This document shows, one piece after another, positions 60,653 to 64,000 of a stretch of 64,000 bases of DNA; the stretch's first letter is position 1, and each line of letters opens with the position of its first letter. The position numbers were made by a program, and so were the translations under genes. The notes beneath the pieces are model-generated. The model was not told the DNA's origin. It was given only the letters and a program-made list of their open reading frames with translations, and ran no database searches. This DNA comes from Candidatus Eiseniibacteriota bacterium (GTDB lineage Bacteria > Eisenbacteria > RBG-16-71-46 > CAZAMP01). The stretch covers positions 4,512,001-4,576,000 of the forward strand of contig OZ245046.1 of assembly GCA_965224245.1 (NCBI GenBank), read 5' to 3'.

Positions 60653-61237
60653 ATGAAGCTGCTGGGTCTGGTGCTCGTCGTCGCGGTGATCGCGATCGGC
60701 GGGTGGGGAGTCTCGAGCTACAACCGACTCGTCACCGAGAGCGAGAAGGTCGACCAGGCCTGGAGCCAGGTCGAGAACGTCTACCAGCGCCGCATGGACC
60801 TGATCCCGAACCTCGTCGAGACCGTCGAGGGTGCGGCCGAGTTCGAGCGCGGCACGCTGGCCGAGGTCACCGAGGCGCGCGCGAAGGCCGGACAGATCAC
60901 GCTGTCGCCCGAGCTCCTCGAGGACCCGGCGAAGCTCGAGGCGTTCGACGCCGCGCAGGGCGCGCTGTCGTCGGCGCTCTCGCGGCTCCTGGTGACCGTG
61001 GAGCGGTACCCGGAGCTGAAGGCGAACCAGAACTTCCTGGCGTTGCAGGACGAGCTGGCGGGGACCGAGAACCGGATCTCGGTCGAGCGCCGGCGGTTCA
61101 ACGAGACCGTTCGCGCGTACAACGTGATCACGAAACGCTTCCCGGGCTCGATCGTCGCGTCGCTCACCGGCTTCGGGGACAGGGGCTACTTCGAGGCCCG
61201 GCCGGGTGCGGAGGACGCGCCGCGGGTGGAGTTCTAG
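60653..61237 (+). CDS. lemA: LemA family protein
   Basis: YNRLV, WSQVENVYQRRMDLIPNLV, ERYPELKANQNF, GTENRISVERRRFN. Confidence 0.94.
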   Translation: MKLLGLVLVVAVIAIGGWGVSSYNRLVTESEKVDQAWSQVENVYQRRMDLIPNLVETVEGAAEFERGTLAEVTEARAKAGQITLSPELLEDPAKLEAFDAAQGALSSALSRLLVTVERYPELKANQNFLALQDELAGTENRISVERRRFNETVRAYNVITKRFPGSIVASLTGFGDRGYFEARPGAEDAPRVEF

Positions 61238-61240
61238 CAC

Positions 61241-62083
61241 GTGCGACGCTCGCCCACGATCACGCCCGCGACGCGGACCGGGGCGAGGCTCCATCCCCGG
61301 TTCGCCGGAGCTTCCCCGGTGCGGCGACGGGTGCTCGGGGCGGGGCTCTGGCTGACCGCGGTCGCGCTGACCGCCGCGGCAGCCCTCGACGCCGGCTCGC
61401 TCCGGGTCCACATCCCGGACCCGCCGGCCACGTTCCTGCACGACGGCGCGCGCGTGCTCTCGCCGTCCGAGCGGACCGAGATCCAGCATCGCCTGACGGC
61501 GCTCGATCGCGCCCGGCTGCAGATCGGCGTGGCCATCCTGCCCTCGCTGGAGGGCGAGCCGCTCGAGGACGTCTCGATGGCCATCGCCGAGAAGTGGGCA
61601 CCAGGTGATCGCGAACGCGACGACGGCGTCCTGATCGCGATCTTCACCGAGGACCGGAAGATCCGGATCGAGGTCGGGTACGGACTCGAGGACCGCATCA
61701 CCGATGCCGCGGCCGGGCGCATCATCCGGGGCCGCATGGCACCCGCGTTTCGGAGCGGTGCCTACGCGCTCGGTATCCTCTCGGCGGTCGACGCCATCGA
61801 GGCGCTGGCCGGGGGTCGCGACCTTCCGCCACCGGCGCGCGTGCGCGCGCCGGTGGAGTGGGTGCCCCTGATCGTCTTCCTGGTGCTCTTGCTCCTGGTC
61901 GTCATTCGCGCGCGGTCGCGCCGCAGCATGTGGTTCGACGTCACGGGATGGGGCTCGGGGTCACCGAGACGCCGGGGCCGGAGCACGTTCGGCGCAGGCG
62001 GCTGGTTCGGTGGTGGCGGAGGCGGGGGCAGCGGCTTCGGTGGCGGCTCGTTCGGAGGCGGTGGCGCCTCGGGGGGATGGTGA
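61241..62083 (+). CDS. TPM domain protein (YgcG-like) with Gly-rich tail
   Basis: DDGVLIAIF..DRKIRIEVGYGLE, C-terminal GGGSFGGGGASGGW. Confidence 0.9.
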   Translation: MRRSPTITPATRTGARLHPRFAGASPVRRRVLGAGLWLTAVALTAAAALDAGSLRVHIPDPPATFLHDGARVLSPSERTEIQHRLTALDRARLQIGVAILPSLEGEPLEDVSMAIAEKWAPGDRERDDGVLIAIFTEDRKIRIEVGYGLEDRITDAAAGRIIRGRMAPAFRSGAYALGILSAVDAIEALAGGRDLPPPARVRAPVEWVPLIVFLVLLLLVVIRARSRRSMWFDVTGWGSGSPRRRGRSTFGAGGWFGGGGGGGSGFGGGSFGGGGASGGW

Positions 62084-62823
62084 TGCGCGGAACACTCCTG
62101 AGACCGCTCTCGCGCGTCAGCTTCGCGCTGGGGGCGCTCTCGTTCGCGGGCATCGTCATCGCGGTCGTGTACGTCCGCGCCGCGGCGCCGGGCGACGGCT
62201 GGCTGGAGCTTCCGCGCCGGGGCATCGTCGCGCTGCTCGTGCTCTCGCTGATCTCGCTCCTGGCCGCGGGGTGGCTCGCGCGCGCCGCACACCGCGCCCG
62301 TCGGGACACGGCCATGGACCTCCTGAGCTCCGAGGAGTCCGAGCGTGTGGTCGCCGCGATCCGGGCGTTCGAGCACCGGACGAGCGGCGAGATTCGCGTA
62401 CACGTCGACTACGAGTCCGATCGCGACCCGATGGCGCGTGCGGGAGCGGTCTTCGCCGAGTTCGGGATGACCGAGACGCGCGAGCGGAACGGCGTCCTCT
62501 TCTACGTGGCCGCATTCGATCGTCGCCTGGCCGTCGTCGGCGACACGGGCATCGACGCGGTCACCGACGAGTCGTTCTGGTCACGCGTGGTCGCGAAGGT
62601 CGAGCGCGCGTTCGCCGACGGCCGCCCGGCCGACGGGCTGATCGCCGGCATCGAGATGGCCGGCGCCGCGCTCGCCGAGCACTTTCCGCCTCGCGACGAC
62701 GACGTCGACGAGCTGCCCGATGCGATCTCCACCGGGCCGCACCCCGGCGAACACGACGACGCCGACGGCGACGAGGACGGCGAGGACGGCGACGAAGACC
62801 GTGACCGGGACGGCCGGACGTGA
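62083..62823 (+). CDS. TPM domain protein with 2 N-terminal TM segments and acidic tail
   Basis: EHRTSGEIRVHV, TRERNGVLFYV, GDTGID, HFP..DDVDELPD. TGATG overlap. Confidence 0.87.
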   Translation: MRGTLLRPLSRVSFALGALSFAGIVIAVVYVRAAAPGDGWLELPRRGIVALLVLSLISLLAAGWLARAAHRARRDTAMDLLSSEESERVVAAIRAFEHRTSGEIRVHVDYESDRDPMARAGAVFAEFGMTETRERNGVLFYVAAFDRRLAVVGDTGIDAVTDESFWSRVVAKVERAFADGRPADGLIAGIEMAGAALAEHFPPRDDDVDELPDAISTGPHPGEHDDADGDEDGEDGDEDRDRDGRT

Positions 62824-63773
62824 CACGATCCGCGATGCGCCGCATCTCGCGCTGGGGGGTGGCGCTGGCCCTGGCGACACCGGCGCTCGTCCGAGGAGGT
62901 GACGACGTGACCCACCCCGACATCGAGAAGCTGTGGAACTTCCAGAAGCCCGACGAGAGCGAGCACCGCTTTCGCGATGCCATCGACTCCCTCGGGCCCC
63001 ACGCGCCGGTTGCGATCCGGCTGGAGCTCGAGACGCAGATCGCGCGAACCTACGGGCTCCGAGGGGAGTTCGATCGGGCGCATGCGCTCCTCGACTCCGT
63101 CCACTCGGAGCTCACCGACGACATGGGGGTGGCGCGGGTCCGCTATCTCCTCGAGCGCGGGCGCACGTTCAACTCGTCGAGGAACGTCCCTCCCGCGCGC
63201 GAGGCGTTCCTGGAGGCCTGGACGCTCGGGCGCTCGATCGGCGCGGATGCGCTGGCGGTGGACGCCGCGCACATGATGGCGATCGTGGAGCCGCCGGAGA
63301 AGAAGCTGCGCTGGAACCTCGATGCGATGTCGCTGGCCGAAGCATCCGACGACCCGAAGGCCGGACGCTGGCTCGGTTCGCTCTACAACAACATCGGATG
63401 GGATCACTTCGCCGAGGGGCGATTCGCCGAGGCCCTGGCTGCCCACGAGAAGGGCTTGGCGTGGCAGCGCGAGCACGGATCGGACTACACGACACGCATC
63501 GCCAGGTGGTCGGTCGCGAAGCTCCTGCGCCACGTGGACCGCGTCGACGAGGCGCTCGTGCTACTGCGCGAGCTCGAGGCGGAGCACGACGCGCTGGGCG
63601 AGCCCGACGGCTTCGTGTACGAGGAGCTCGGCGAGTGCCTCCTGGCCCAGGGGCACGCGGACGAGGCGACGCCGTACTTCCAGAAGGCGTACGACCTGCT
63701 CCAGGACGAGACGTGGATCTCCGACTCCGAGCCCGAGCGCCTTCCCCGGCTGAAGGCCCTCGCGGGTCGCTGA
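62820..63773 (+). CDS. TPR repeat protein
   Basis: LWNFQKP..SE.RF, TQIARTYGLRG, LERGRTFNSS, DAAHMMAI, WLGSLYNNIGW, GFVYEELGECL. Start uncertain. Confidence 0.82.
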   Translation: MTRSAMRRISRWGVALALATPALVRGGDDVTHPDIEKLWNFQKPDESEHRFRDAIDSLGPHAPVAIRLELETQIARTYGLRGEFDRAHALLDSVHSELTDDMGVARVRYLLERGRTFNSSRNVPPAREAFLEAWTLGRSIGADALAVDAAHMMAIVEPPEKKLRWNLDAMSLAEASDDPKAGRWLGSLYNNIGWDHFAEGRFAEALAAHEKGLAWQREHGSDYTTRIARWSVAKLLRHVDRVDEALVLLRELEAEHDALGEPDGFVYEELGECLLAQGHADEATPYFQKAYDLLQDETWISDSEPERLPRLKALAGR

Positions 63774-63784
63774 CACCGAGACGA

Positions 63785-64000
63785 TCAGGGGCAGCTCTGC
63801 AGGAACTCCGACATGAACACGACGAAGTCGGGCAGGTTCACGATCTCGTCGCAGTTGGCCAGATCCTGACAGGTGATCCCTTCACCGAGGTAGACGTTGA
63901 ACAGCTGCACGAAGTCGATCAGGCTCACGTCACCGTCGCCGCTGGAGTCCGGTGAGCCGATCGCGTCGTAGACCGCGATCGTGACCGCGCCCGGATCCAG
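63785..64000 (-). CDS. C-terminal end of a protein with a dockerin-like paired Ca-binding motif (5'-truncated by window edge)
   Basis: Manual translation: ..GSPDSSGDGDVSLIDFVQLFNVYLGEGITCQDLANCDEIVNLPDFVVFMSEFLQSCP*. Not in the ORF track. Confidence 0.75.
   Translation of the reverse strand: MDPGAVTIAVYDAIGSPDSSGDGDVSLIDFVQLFNVYLGEGITCQDLANCDEIVNLPDFVVFMSEFLQSCP

Overview
A gene-dense, very GC-rich bacterial chromosome segment with about 43 CDS. I saw no rRNA, tRNA, CRISPR array, transposase, integrase or phage genes. Five large secreted proteins end in a PNPF-type FlgD-Ig/T9SS-like C-terminal domain, which suggests an FCB-group lineage such as Eisenbacteria, Krumholzibacteria or Latescibacterota (inference). 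Housekeeping content: methylmalonyl-CoA mutase plus meaB, a divergent Lrp/methionine gamma-lyase-like pair, addB-addA, lspA, a dienoyl-CoA-reductase-like SDR, fadI-fadJ-ppa-GNAT, a TRAP transporter split into dctP and dctQM, a PP2C phosphatase and a lemA-TPM-TPM-TPR operon. Accessory content: (i) four paralogous 1,100-1,300 aa secreted proteins of unknown function, three in tandem behind a promoter carrying a perfect palindrome and one with an inserted carbohydrate-binding-like module; (ii) a tightly packed 11-gene minus-strand envelope operon (58522 to 41714) joining a giant IPT/Ig surface protein, a lipoprotein, a membrane-anchored repeat/TPR protein, two TolB-like propellers, a helical protein and a full peptide/nickel-type ABC importer; (iii) a DUF2239-like gene whose near-consensus sigma70 promoter is covered by two palindromic boxes, suggesting an autoregulatory DNA-binding protein; (iv) a dockerin-like C-terminus at the right edge. 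All family calls come from motif recognition by eye, not from database searches.
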